A stretch of 64,000 bases of DNA, from assembly GCA_002269645.1 (NCBI GenBank), contig NIVC01001705.1, forward strand, positions 106,115 through 170,114, written 5' to 3'. This stretch comes from Macrostomum lignano (Eukaryota). Of the stretch, positions 23,901 through 37,554 are shown in pieces. A program made the translations under genes and the position numbers. A model generated the notes under the pieces. The model ran no database searches. It was given only the letters and a program-made list of their open reading frames with translations, and was not told the DNA's origin. Each line of letters starts with the position of its first letter. Position 1 is the stretch's first letter.

Positions 23901-26642
23901 TTTTGACGATTAAGTTGTAAAAATTATGGTTTCTGCTGATGAAGTGATTAATTTTGTTCAATAAAGTCAGCATTTTAACGTTAAAAAGAGTAAAAACTGT
24001 GAAAAATTGACATGCTTTAAACAAAAATGCGCAAATTTCTAGTAATTTAGCTTTCAATGAAAATGTCTTGGGTGGAATTCCAACTTGGGCCGGGGTGTGC
24101 ATATGGAGATCAGTGTGTGACTCATTCCTGCTCGAAAGCTGTCTCTTGCCAACTTTGAAATCAGCATTTGGACAAATTAGCGGTTGAAATTATGGCTTTT
24201 GGGATGAAACTACTAAGTTTGATCAATTCGCATTTCGCATTTTAACGTTAGAAAATAATAAAACTGTGAAAATTGGCCTTTATTAAACGAAAGAATGAGA
24301 AATTCTATGAATAGCTTTAAAAAAACCATGGCTTTAGTGGAAATTGGACTGGCTCGGGTAATCCGTGTGCGATTATAATTCCTGCTCAAAGCTGTCTCAG
24401 AGTTCCAGAAGTAGCATTTGTGATAATTTTGTGTTAAAATTGTGGTTTTTAGTGATGAAACTACTGATTTTGATCAATAAAGTCTGCATTTTAACGTAAA
24501 AAATGCATAAAAACTGTGAAAAATTGTATTTTCTTATGAAAAAATGTGCATTTCTAGCAATTTAGGCTTCAATAGCCATGTCTTTGGCTGATTTTGGGCT
24601 GGCTTGTGGATGTTTGTGTGGGGTTCATTCCTGCTTAAAAGCTGTCTAAGGTCAAGTTGAAAGCGACATTTGGACAAATTAGCTGTTGAAAGTATGGTTT
24701 CTAGTGATGAAACTACTGATTTTGATCAACAAAGTCTGCATTTTAAGGTTAAAATCGTAAAAAAACTGTAAAAAGCTGCATTTTAATGAAAAAATGTGCA
24801 TTTCTAGTCATTTAGCTTTTAAAATAACCAAATTTCTTGTCTGAAATTCCAACTTTACTTTGTATGGAGAGGTCAGTGCATGATTCATTCCTGCTTCTAA
24901 CAGATTAAACCGACCGTCTCAAAGACCAAGTCTGAAAGCTTGAAGTGAGAAGGTAGGGGAGGCGGAGAGGCAGAATTGAATAGCCTCACGTATTTAAATT
25001 TGTGGACTTCACTACTTCTAGTAAACGCAAGGGTGACTTATACTACTTACAAAGTTTAGATCAAGTAAATCAGAATTGCATGCGGTGGAGACACTGATTC
25101 ATAGGCTGTGTACATTTACAAATGCAGCTGGGGTTTGTCAATGCAGGTAGAGGTTGGCGGACTCGGATTTGCTCGCGGGGGTTGATGTGTGCATTAAAAG
25201 TTGGTTTCTTGCTATCTGGGGCGGCATGGATGACGTAATCGGAGAAGAGAGGGGTTTTGAAGTTTAATATATGGTCTGTGCTGTGGAAAGATCTGTCTGT
25301 ACACTGAAAATGGAGAGAGGGTCGAAATTCCTTGGCATTTAGAAGGGGGACAGAGAAAACAGGGGCGAGTGTTAAAATTTAGCTCGATTTGTTATGGGGT
25401 CTGCGCTGTGTCTGGTGAACATCGGAGGGGTGGCTGTTTTCGAAAAGGGTTGAATTTGACTATGGTCCGAGTTAAAGGGTGATTCAGCATTCAGTATAGG
25501 AGCTTCGAGGGGATGGTTTACTGTAATTAAAGCGCGACGAAGCGTCTTGTATCATACTCACTGTCAATAGATATATAAAGCACTGCTTCAACAGTCTTGT
25601 ATTTGGGGGCAGACTTGGGGAGAGACTTGAATGACGCAACCTCCACCCCATTGCTTGGCGAGAGTTTGTACAGGCCCGAGGGTCTGTGCTGTGGAAAGAT
25701 CTGTCTGTACACTGAAAATGGAGATAGGGTCGAAATTCCTTGGCATTTAGAAGGGGGGACAGAGAGAACAGGGGCGAGTGTTAAAATTTAGCTCGATTTG
25801 TTATGGGGTCTGCGCTGTGAAGACGAGTCTGGTGAACATCGGAGGGGTGGCTGTTTTCGAACAGGGTTGAATTTGACTATGGTCCGGAGTTAAAGGGTGA
25901 TTCAACATTCAGTATAGGGGCTTCGAGGGGTGAGGATATACCGTAAAGCAGTAGCAGTTGATAATTACCAATTAAAGGTCTTGTATCATCCACACTGTCA
26001 ATATAGAAATATAAAGCACTGCTTCAACACAGTCCTGCATTTGGGGTCTGACTTGGGGAGAGGCTTGGATGACGCAACCTCGACCCCATCGCTTGGCGAG
26101 AGTTTGTACAGGCCCGCCTCTATATGAAAGTATGTGTATTTTATAAGTGATTTTGAATAAATTATCAGCATATTCAAACCTACATTCTCCGATGGACCGT
26201 TATGGGGTGGGCGGGCGCTACAATTCTGCGCGTACACCAATTTTGGGATGGACAGTAAATATGGACAAGTAATAATATAGACGTTATGGGGTGGGTGGGC
26301 GCGCGCTAATTCTGCCAATTTTGGGTATATGGACAGTTAATATGGACAGTTAATTCTGCGTACACCAATGCTGCATTGTGTGGGGATGGGGCGCGCGCGT
26401 TTCTACGTACAACAACGGTGAAGCGCTAATTATGCGTACTATATTGTACTGGTCGTCGCTTCTGTACGATACAGTGTACACTGATTACATGTATAGATTT
26501 TACATGAGAGTATAAATGTCTCACATAATGACTCTGGACCAATTAGAATCGGTCTAATGTATTTAGATAGGCGTTGAATTTGCATTGGCTCTGACACCCA
26601 CCTCACCTCCAAAACCCGGCAGAATCTGCACATTACGTAGTG
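17991..26642. mobile_element. Non-autonomous CMC-superfamily (CACTA/Chapaev-like) foldback DNA transposon, 8652 bp
   Basis: Starts CACTACGTAATGTG, ends CACATTACGTAGTG; TAGT at 17987-17990 and 26643-26646; arms 17991-21396 and 23490-26642 are near-identical inverted copies; no transposase ORF. Confidence 0.88.
21397..21897. repeat. 500-bp nested-palindrome module inside the foldback element
   Basis: 125-bp inverted repeats 21398-21522 and 21773-21897; internal hairpin 21447-21522 / 21571-21646; direct duplication 21526-21646 / 21728-21848. Confidence 0.88.
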
Positions 26643-26706
26643 TAGTCCTTGAATAGAGCTCTAACTAATCAAATCGATTATATTTTATAATTTGTACGTG
26701 TGATGT

Positions 26707-28345
<1,639 letters not shown>

Positions 28346-29010
28346 CATTTGTGGCTTGCGAGATATATTTTTGTGAGATATAAGAACGAAATAAAACCAA
28401 AAACGAAAGGCAACCTAGGCAAGGCGTACAGCAACGCCGCTGTAGATCCACACGGACGTCGGGAATCAGACCACCCAGCTGTAAACGAGCTGTTGCAGAG
28501 AGAAGGGCCAGACATCGCGAAAGAATTCTATTGTCACCTGCGCTTTTCGTCAGTACTATTCCCCGACACAAAATCGCAGCCTTGATTTCTTTCAGCTTGG
28601 CAGACCAACGTCGGTTTTCTGCATGATGAGCACCGCTCGACACTCACCACACATCAGCAACCAAGCTTGTCAGCTTGTTCCATGATGTTGCGACCTGTGC
28701 TGTTATACGTACGCATCGAATACACGGAGCACAATTTATGAGCATGGGCGGGCCTTGCTTACGACCGAGTCCAATGTCTTCTTGAAGTCTATGAAGATAA
28801 ACTGGTGTACCCGTGCCGCCTCGATGACTCGGCGAAGAGCTAGCTATCTGAGATAGAATTTGCGCCACTGTGCCGCAATGGCTTCCAGAACCCGTTCTGT
28901 TGAATCCAGCACGGCCTTGCCCACCGCGATAATAGCATATAATAGCTGAATAGGAATACTGAAGGGAGATCCTTGCTGCTCTTCTAAGACATCGAGGCAT
29001 CTTCCATTAT
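28346..29010 (-). mobile_element. Degenerate non-LTR retrotransposon (RTE/CR1-like) RT fragment ending in (TAG)n
   Basis: Minus strand gives LRRVIEAARVHQFIFIDFKKTLDSV (28837-28763), like LINE RT FIDFKKAFDSV; upstream AGFN in another frame; stops and frameshifts present. Confidence 0.55.
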
Positions 29011-29249
29011 GGAGAATACTATTTTTTAGCGTCGCACTTTATAATTTCAGCCGATGCGTTTCCCCTTTTTGGTGTAAATTACGTGCTAAAGTAATTGGCT
29101 ACAACACCCAGTGGCGAATATTCGCAATGGAAAATTAAAATTTTATTTGTCAGTCAGTTTTTTGAGTCTGCCCGAATTGTCTTTTTAAAATTATGTAAAA
29201 GTGATTTGCTTGCGAAAAAAACGTGAGTAAAGGGTGTATGTAGACGGTT

Positions 29250-29700
29250 CCTAGTCATTTCGTCATCTGCCATTTCGTCATCTCGGTGTCTGGGGTGCTC
29301 ACCTCGACTATGGTCACTTCGTCATCTTAATTAACATGCACTACCTGAAGAGAGTCATTTCGTCATCCACCAATCATATTAGTTTCAACTTCAAGTGAAT
29401 TATTGTGGCAATTAAATATATTTACTTGGAACCCTAATGATCCCAGTCATTTTGCCATCTCGATTGATAAAACCTGTCGATCGATCGGTTCTGCTTGCCG
29501 CAGCTTTTAGTTATTAAACAAAAAATAGTTTACACTAACTCGAATCACGCACAGATTGATTGGTTGATGACGAAGTATCCAGCATAACTAAATACTTGGT
29601 CACTTCGTCATATTATTTTTCAAGCTACTTTGCTTCTGGTCACTTCGTCATCCGATATGACGAAATGGAATATGACGATCTGACCAGTGACCATGTAGAC
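29250..29700. repeat. Cluster of about 10 RGTCAYTTCGTCATC motifs in both orientations; possible DNA-transposon subterminal region
   Basis: Forward copies near 29254, 29270, 29312, 29353, 29597, 29638; inverted copies near 29565, 29657. Confidence 0.45.
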
Positions 29701-31253
29701 CAGCTAAGCCGAGGACGACTTGGTTTCTTAGAAAACATTTTCGAGCTGGTTTGCGCGATAAGCCAAAAAGTATACTACTACAGAGATAGTAATTTTTCTT
29801 TTTAAAAATAAAAGAACTTTAGTCGCTCAAGTTTAATGAATGCATATCGGAAGCTTTTTTAGTACAATACATGACTATTTATTGACTTCATTTATTTTTT
29901 GAAGCTTTGTTTGTAAAAGCAAGAATCCATGCAACATTTTTAGTGAGCATAGCCTGCATGCATAGTCCATAATATTCCCAAAATTGCTTTTTACTTGGTT
30001 TCTTTCTTAATAAACTCGATATAATTGTGTAATTTCGATTATATATGTTTCTTTCTAATTATTTTCAATTTTTAGGCAAATATTTGACTCAGGCCAGTGG
30101 CCAGGGGCACTTTTTTAATTTTATAACTTTTTTGCTAGGGCCTAATAAAACCCAAACTTCCATTTAAAAGTCTTGCTTTAAAGAAGACAATCTAGGCTAG
30201 GCCTATAGATTTGTTCTTAAATAAACATGCATGGAGCGAGGGTAATTGTTTCTCAATAAAATTTTATTGTAGGCCCTACTTATTAATTGGTCTAATCAGA
30301 AGAGCATGGATAGGCCTAGGCTAGGGTAGGTCTAAAAAAGATATGGTAAAAAGGGTAACCAAATTAAATATATTATTGTCATTTTTGATTTTCTAGCTTT
30401 TGATATATTTGCGAAAATGAAAGAGATAGGCCCCTATATCTATATCTATGATTATGAATAAGAATTTGATTTTTGATCTATCTTCCATAGAGAACTTGCT
30501 AAAATAATAGTTCCTAGGCTTATTTCAATGTTTTGGTATAAATCTAGCTACCAAGCCTATGGTTTATATATTAGGCTAGTTTTCAAATCTAGAAATGATA
30601 TTTCCTATTTTACCTTGTCGAGGCTATGGTATGAAATTCAATATATAAAACTAATTAGGGCCTAGTAATTGCTTTTTTCAAGATAAAGATTAGGCTTAGC
30701 TATATTGATATTTGATATTCATTTTATAATTATCAATTTTCATTTTATTATAATAGACTTATAAATCTTAGTAATTGATTCATTTAATAAAAAACATTTT
30801 AAGTTGGTTTTAATACATATTATAATATTTTATAATATGAATATATAACCTATGTTCTGTCTTTAATCTGTTTAAATAGACTTTATAATTAAAAGATGAA
30901 ATTAACTGCATTGCACTTAAAATATTTAACAATGAATTGTTTTATATATATCTTTTTATTATTTAAAAGTCTATCTTGAAAGTTTTTCTCTTTTTCTATT
31001 ATAGTTGGCATATTTTTTGAGTTTCTATTTATTCCCTTGTGATGATAAATCAAGAAAAAGTAGAGTTTTCTTATTATATTATAATACAAGCTTAGCATGA
31101 TCTAGAACATAAACAATTGACTTTATTTTATATTAATTTAAATATATATTTTTGTTTTTTATACATTTATTCTATAATAAAATATATTTTCTAGACTTGA
31201 AACCAAGGCTAAAAAAACATTAAATATTGCATGAAGCTAATCTGTTCATTTAG

Positions 31254-31326
31254 GTCACAATCAAATGATAAAGCAATGAAGAATGCTAATCAATCAATAA
31301 CAAAGTTACCTACAATTGTACATGAG
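31254..31326 (+). CDS. OXR1: OXR1/NCOA7-like gene, 5-prime exon (LysM start), absent from the ORF track
   Basis: SQSNDKAMKNANQSITKLPTIVHE, GTAAGT donor at 31327; splices in frame to VQPGDTL to complete LysM; ATG at 31276. Confidence 0.7.
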
Positions 31327-31444
31327 GTAAGTACCCTTTAGTTGTTTTGAAAATTGAAAATTAAAGTTGTTTTGGCAATTAAAAATGACAAAGAAATGTT
31401 ATTCTTATTTTTTGTGTTGAGTATTTTCTAGTCAATGACTTTTC

Positions 31445-31640
31445 AACTGGAAGTAGAGATAGAGCTGGCCACCCAGTGACCAACTGGAAGTAGAGATAGA
31501 GCTGGCCACCCAGTGACCAACTGGAAGTAGAGATAGAGCTAGCCACCCAGTGACCAACTGGAAGTAGAGATAGAGCTGGCCACTCTGACCGTGACCAACC
31601 AGAAGTAGAGACAAAGCTGGCCACCCAGTGACCGACCGGA
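31445..31640. repeat. 37-bp intronic minisatellite CAACTGGAAGTAGAGATAGAGCTGGCCACCCAGTGAC
   Basis: About 5 copies. Confidence 0.9.
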
Positions 31641-31681
31641 AGTAGGGAATCATCACGCCTCGCTCGGTAATGATACCGCAG

Positions 31682-32209
31682 GTTCAACCAGGCGACACCC
31701 TGGAAGGCCTGGCGGCCCGCTATCGCAGCACACCGTCGGAGTTGCGCCGTTTGAATCGCCTCCCAACCCGCGACCTGTTCCCTGGCACGCGGCTGTTACT
31801 GCCAGATCCGGATGCTGTCGCTGTGGCCGCCACTCAGGCCTCTGTGGTGGACGGCGACTTGGACTGTCCGTCGGCGCCGGCGCCACCTGGCCACATTGAG
31901 CGCGTTGAAGATCCAAGCGAGCGGCAGTTTGTTAAAACTCGCGCCGGCCTGGCTACGCTAGTTGCTAAGGAAGCTAGCGAATCTAGCCAACAGTCTGAGG
32001 ATTTGGGTCCCCAGGAATCGGCCGTTGTATCCGGCACCCTGCTGGTGACGCCGGAAACTCTGCTGTTCGATCCGGACGCGCACGATCCGCTTGTGATCGC
32101 CTCAGGTGCCGAGCCGTTCTGTCTGACCCACGAGCTGGCCGATGTGCAGTCTATCGGCGCTGTGTGGCCTCAGGGACCCGGGCCCGTGTGGCTGGAGGTG
32201 GCGCTAAAG
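31682..32209 (+). CDS. OXR1: OXR1/NCOA7-like exon: LysM + GRAM-like domain
   Basis: VQPGDTLEGLAARYRSTPSELRRLNRL and VVSGTLLVTPETLLFDPDAHDPLV, as in OXR1/NCOA7/mustard; CAG/GT boundaries, phase 0. Confidence 0.85.
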
Positions 32210-32227
32210 GTTTCTGTGCGAGCGTAA

Positions 32228-33010
32228 TGTTAACCTGATCCCCATCCTGAATCCTCTGATCCCGTTCTTAAATCCCCTGATCCTCATCCTGAATCCTCTG
32301 ATCCCCACCCTGAATCCTCTGATCCCGTTCTTAAATCCCCTGATCCTGATCCTGAATCCTCTGATCCCCACCCTGAATCCTCTGATCCCGATCCTAAATC
32401 CTCTGATCCCCATCCTGAATCCTCTGATTCCCTCCCTAAATCCCCTGATCCCCATCCTGAATCGTCTGACCCCATCCTGAATCGTCTGATCCCCATCCTG
32501 AATCCTCTGATCCCCACCCTGAATCCTCTGATCCCGTTCTTAAATCCCCTGATCCTCATCCTGAATCCTCTGATCCCCACCCTGAATCCTCTGATCCCGT
32601 TCTTAAATCCCCTGATCCTCATCCTGAATCCTCTGATCCCCACCCTGAATCCTCTGATCCCGTTCTTAAATCCCCTGATCCTCATCCTGAATCCTCTGAT
32701 CCCCACCCTGAATCCTCTGATCCCGTTCTTAAATCCCCTGATCCTCATCCTGAATCCTCTGATCCCCACCCTGAATCCTCTGATCCCGATCCTAAATCCT
32801 CTGATCCCCATCCTGAATCCTCTGATTCCCTCCCTAAATCCCTTGATCCCCATCCTGAATCGTCTGACCCCATCCTGAATCGTCTGATCCCCATCCTGAA
32901 TCCTCTGATCCCCATCCTGAATCCTTTGATCCCCATCCTGAATCGTCTGATCCCGATCTTGAATCCTCTGATCCCGATCCTGAATCCTCTGATCCCGATC
33001 CTGAATCCCG
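32228..33010. repeat. 21-bp intronic minisatellite GATCCCCATCCTGAATCCTCT
   Basis: Direct inspection. Confidence 0.95.
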
Positions 33011-33169
33011 TTTTCCCATGATCCTGAATTCTGTGGTCCCAAATCTGGACATTTTTTGTAAGCCTAAATCCTATGAGTAATTCTGATCTCCACGGAGCAT
33101 CAGCAAATCCCAATAATAATTTCAAAATTCTCCTTTCTATTTTCTTCTCTAAAAATTCCACCTCTTTAG

Positions 33170-34270
33170 GTGGCATCGGACGCCGCCCGCTCCACGCCGC
33201 CGCCGTCGCCCAGGCAGCAGCAAAATCAGGCGCAGCAGCAGTCGGGCTCCAAGCGTCGCCGACGGCGCCTAACGTCAGCCAGCCGTCAGACGTCGCTGCG
33301 CTTCCGCGTCGAGTCCAGCGTTGCCGAACTGCTGCGCGACTTCCTGCGCTCCCTGCCGGCCCCGGCGCCGCCAGCCTGCGGCAACAACGACACCAGCTTC
33401 GGCGCCGATTTCTCCTCCGGCGCCGCCGACCAATCAGCGCCGGGCGACAATCGAGCGCCGGCGTTTATTGAATCGTCCTTCCTGACAACAACGCCAGGCG
33501 CCGATTCCGCTTCGGACGGCGCGGCCGGTTGGCGCCTTGTTAGCGCCGATCCCTCCGGCGTGCCCGCCGATCGCCTGCCGCTGCCCCGCCTGTTAGGCGG
33601 CGAGTCCCGACTGTTGAACAGTCGCCGCCTGCGGCATCTGGTGCGCCGTCTGCCGCCGCGGGCCGAGGGCGCCGACCTGCGCCTGCTGTACAGGGCCAGT
33701 CGGCACGGATTCTCGCTACAGTCGGCCTACCGGGCCTGCCACTCGGGCGCCGATCCCGACGCCTACTGCCTGCTGCTGGTGGCCGACACTCGCAATCATC
33801 TGTTCGGCGCCTCCCTGTCGGCGCCGCCGCGCATGTCCGAGCACTACTACGGCACTGGCGAGACTTTCGTGTTCCGCTGGTCGCATCCCATTGGCCAGTT
33901 GAAGGCCGCCACAGCTGCTAAGGATGTTAAAAATGATCCCGGAGTTGATATGGTCACCGCCGCCGCTGCCGACTCCGCCTCAAAGACGGCGACATCCGAG
34001 GATTCAGATTTAGACGAAGACGAAGAGGACGACGTCCACAACCCGCTGACTAACGACTTCTATCACTACGCCTGGACGGGGGAGAACTCCTTTTTTGAGC
34101 GCGGCGCCACTGATTCCTTTAATGTTGGCTCTCGCGCTCTGTGGCTGGACTCCGGGCTCTATAGGGGCCGAACTCAGGCCTGCGACACCTTTGCTAGCCC
34201 TGTACTGACTGGCGCTGCCGAGGACTTTGTTGTGCAAGAATTGGAGCTGTGGTTGTTCACCTGCGAGTGA
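33170..34270 (+). CDS. OXR1: OXR1/NCOA7-like last exon with TLDc domain
   Basis: RRLPPRAEG...LLYRASRHGFSLQSAYR...LFGASLS...HYYGTGETFVFR...LWLDSGLYRGRTQACDTFASPVL...FVVQELELW; TAG acceptor at 33167-33169. Confidence 0.9.
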   Translation: MASDAARSTPPPSPRQQQNQAQQQSGSKRRRRRLTSASRQTSLRFRVESSVAELLRDFLRSLPAPAPPACGNNDTSFGADFSSGAADQSAPGDNRAPAFIESSFLTTTPGADSASDGAAGWRLVSADPSGVPADRLPLPRLLGGESRLLNSRRLRHLVRRLPPRAEGADLRLLYRASRHGFSLQSAYRACHSGADPDAYCLLLVADTRNHLFGASLSAPPRMSEHYYGTGETFVFRWSHPIGQLKAATAAKDVKNDPGVDMVTAAAADSASKTATSEDSDLDEDEEDDVHNPLTNDFYHYAWTGENSFFERGATDSFNVGSRALWLDSGLYRGRTQACDTFASPVLTGAAEDFVVQELELWLFTCE

Positions 34271-34419
34271 TCAGCATTATTGATTGCCAGATTGAGACTC
34301 CGGCTTTTCCCGCTGATTTGCCTTCTCGTAGCTCAGATCTAGTCCTGTCCGCCTTCACTGGCCAGCTTTCTTCTCCGCCTGTCCCGTCCGTTGTGTCTGG
34401 ATTTTCCTGTCTTCATTTC

Positions 34420-35030
34420 ATCCTCTTCCGCCCCCTCTTCCACCCCTTCTCTTCCGCATCCTCTTCCGCCCTTCCTCCGCCTTCTTGTTTTCCGCCCTCT
34501 CTTCCGCCCTCTCTTCCGCCCCCTCTTCCGCCCTTCCTCCGCCTTCTTGTTTTCCGCCCTCTCTTCCGCCCCCTCTTCCGCCCCCTCTTCCGCCCTTCCT
34601 CCGCCTTCTTGTTTTCCGCCCTCTCTTCCGCCCCCTCTTCCGCCCCCTCTTCCACCCCTTCCGTCCCCCTCTTCCGCCCCCTTCCGTCCCCCTCTTCCGC
34701 CCCCTTCCTTCCCCTCTTCCGCCTCCCTCTTCCGCCTCCCTCTTCCACTCCCCTTTCGCCCCCCTCTTCCGCATCCTCTTCCGCCCTACCTGCGCCTTCT
34801 TGTTTTCAGCCCTCTCTTTCGCCCTTCCTCCTCCTTGTTTTGTGCCCTCTTTTTTGCCCCTCTTCCGCCCCCTCTTCCGCCCCCTCTTCCGCCCCCTCTT
34901 CCGCCCCCCTTCCGTCCCCCTCTTCCGCCCCTTCTTCTGCCCTACCTGGGCCTTCTTGTTTTCCACCCTCTCTTCAGCCTCCCTCTTCCGCCCTCTCTTC
35001 CGCCCTTTCTCCGCCTTCCACTTTCTTTCC
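34420..35030. repeat. CT-rich repeat (CTTCCGCCCCCT-like)
   Basis: Direct inspection. Confidence 0.9.
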
Positions 35031-36619
35031 GATCCCCTCTCCGCTCCCGTTGTTCCGCGTCTCTCGGGCCTACATGTACTTCCCCTCTTCTTCCACCCCG
35101 CAGTTCTCCTGGTCCTTTCGCTGTCCCATTTTTTAAGACAGTTTATAATTTTCTTTTCATCTTCTTTACTATCGCTAATTACTCTCCATTCCTTTACAAA
35201 TTGAAGAGATTTCATGAGGCTATTTCTAATATAACAAATAATAGGTGTCTCAACCTTTAGCTTTTTAATTTTGCTTTCATAATCACCTCTGATCAAACAG
35301 AGGCTGTCTTCAAGTACATGTGGATTACTTTTCTATGTTTTGTTATCATTTTCTGTTAACTTTTTAATACAGAAATTCCCGCCTTTCTACTTATATGTAT
35401 ATAATCCTGCTGTAAGAGAAGTAGTTCAGTTGGAGAATGTGCATTATATATATTTTTAATATACAAAAATTATTTCCTCCTGATATATCAATCGATTTAT
35501 TTCCACCCTATGGACTGCCACGCTTCCACGCTGCTGCTGCTGCTGCAGGAACTTCCAAACTCTGATCTGCATTATTGCTATGACTATACACACAGATACT
35601 AAAAGAACTAGATGGGCCACTCAAACGCATATACTTAATAAAACAGCTTTCTACTTTCAGGTCAGTAGCAAAGAAGAATACATAAGCTATTTTATAAAAA
35701 TAATGCCAGCTGAAACGACTTCAATAAATTTAGAATAGAAGCCCAAGCTTGCAGGCGTAAACAGCTTGCTAATTGGTTCAACAGTAATGTACATTGGCCA
35801 GTCCACTGAAATGTACATGGCAGCTTTAGGCTGGAAGTCCGAGAAAGGCAATAAAAATTGGGGCAGGGCGGGCGGGGGGGGGGTAGTGTGGAAAGGCGCG
35901 GTTGGAGGTTTGAGTGGGGGGGGTGGGTAAGAGCCAATAAATGAGCCTTGGCTTTAAAAGTACATTAAAATGCTTCTGTTTAACTTACTACTGAACTGAA
36001 AGTAGCTTGCACGCAAATGTGCTGAGTGGCCTATCTTAGCCATCTAGTTATTCTCTAGTATCTGTGAACTATACTCTGCGTTAACTATATGATTCACATA
36101 GACTCTCGCCCTTCAAGGGCTTATATATCAAGATTAATATTTTGAGGAAGCAGGTAACACAGGACATTGTGTCATTTCTTCGTGTCACTATGTGTACATC
36201 CCAACTCACACCCTGCAGACTTATTCGCAAAGGTTGCTAATCTTGCACATTATTATATAGGACATTGTACAGCGTATTACATAATATTAATCCTTTATTA
36301 TTACTGTTATTATTAAGTTCATAATCATTATTAAGGAAAGTTATTCTTTTTTTCCTAGGTTCTCTGGTTTTTCTATGCACTGGAAAATTAAGCCCAATTA
36401 AATTTTTTTTAGGATACAGAAATATATTCGCTGTTCATTTTACTGTCATTAGAATTTATTTGACCCATATCAGAGCGCTTCTCTGTCTGAGCGAGTGCTA
36501 ATATTGAATTTTGATTGCAGTTTATTTCTTATTCGACTACTTTGAGTAGGGGACACGATGCGTGCTCCATTTTTTAAGATTTAACTTTAAAAATGAACAT
36601 TTCTATCAAATGTTCTAGT

Positions 36620-37140
36620 TCTATTGGGGTATGACTTACTGGGGTATCTCATGACTTACTCGAGTATCTCATGACTTACACTAGGGTATCTTATCACTTA
36701 CACTAGAGTATCCCATCTTGGCTTACTTGACTTAGCTGCAGGGTGGTCCGTAGACACAGCGGGGAGGCGAGGGTCGCCCATTCCGCTAATCCCTTAAAGC
36801 CCGAAGACAGGCAGAGGCGTGGGGCCGGTCAGGGTGGAGTATCTGAGTATCTCATCACTTACTTGGGTAGGCTCGGGTATCTCATGACTTACACTTAGTA
36901 TCTCATCACTTACACTATGGTATCTCATCACTTACACTAGGGTATCTCATCACTTACACCAGGGTATCTCATCACTTACACTAGGGTATCTCATCACTTA
37001 CTCGGGTATCTCATGACTTACTCGGGTATCTCATGACTTACACTAAGGTATCTCATCACTTACACTTGGGTACCTTATCACTTACACTAGGTTATCTCAT
37101 CACTTACTCGGGTATCTCATGACTTACTCGGGTATCTCAT
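36620..37140. repeat. About 22-bp minisatellite GGGTATCTCATCACTTACACTA, interrupted by a unique GC-rich 130-bp segment
   Basis: Direct inspection. Confidence 0.85.
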
Positions 37141-37284
37141 GACTCTCCGTATGTCTCTAAGTTACAATTTTTCTCGGAATTCCGCAACAATCTGCTCAGA
37201 CGGTTAGCTGTCATTAGCCGAGAGTCTGGAAGCTCCACCATCATCGCCAGCAGCCAATGGACTCATAAAGAGGATGGACTCATA

Positions 37285-37341
37285 ATGACAGCCAACCAGC
37301 TTACAGCTTCAAGCATACAATTAGCACCTATTTTACCGAGA
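37285..37341 (+). CDS. Candidate first coding exon of the LIM-homeobox gene
   Basis: MTANQLTASSIQLAPILPR then GTAATT donor; phase 0 matches exon 39459. Confidence 0.35.
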
Positions 37342-37554
37342 GTAATTGCTTGCTACTCAGCAGCTTACACAAATGCCATATTAACTTCTCCGCTATTCTT
37401 GGGGCTACATTTGAAACAAACAGGTCAGTCTGGCTCTAACACTGAATTGCAGTCCGTTGGAGCCTTGCGTTGGCACCGTTGTTTATGCCAGTCTTTATGA
37501 CTACCGCGAAGAGGTAATTATTGAATTTTTTATTTTTTTTCTGCGCTTGAAAGA

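Noticed and set aside
18000-26633. Mirror-image short ORF pairs in the palindrome arms (64-125 aa)
   Set aside because: Their identity simply reflects the inverted duplication; there are no transposase or other motifs.
17991-26642. Palindrome as a long-read foldback chimera
   Set aside because: The flanks are unique on both sides, there is a 4-bp TSD, a 2.1-kb asymmetric spacer and a one-unit arm difference; chimeras do not normally give this pattern. Read-level confirmation is still advisable.
35860-35930. G-rich tract with G-quadruplex potential
   Set aside because: Such tracts are common in this low-complexity genome and there is no further functional evidence.
36740-36840. GC-rich segment interrupting a minisatellite, possible upstream Lhx exon
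   Set aside because: No recognisable protein motif and a weak donor; it cannot be placed in the model.
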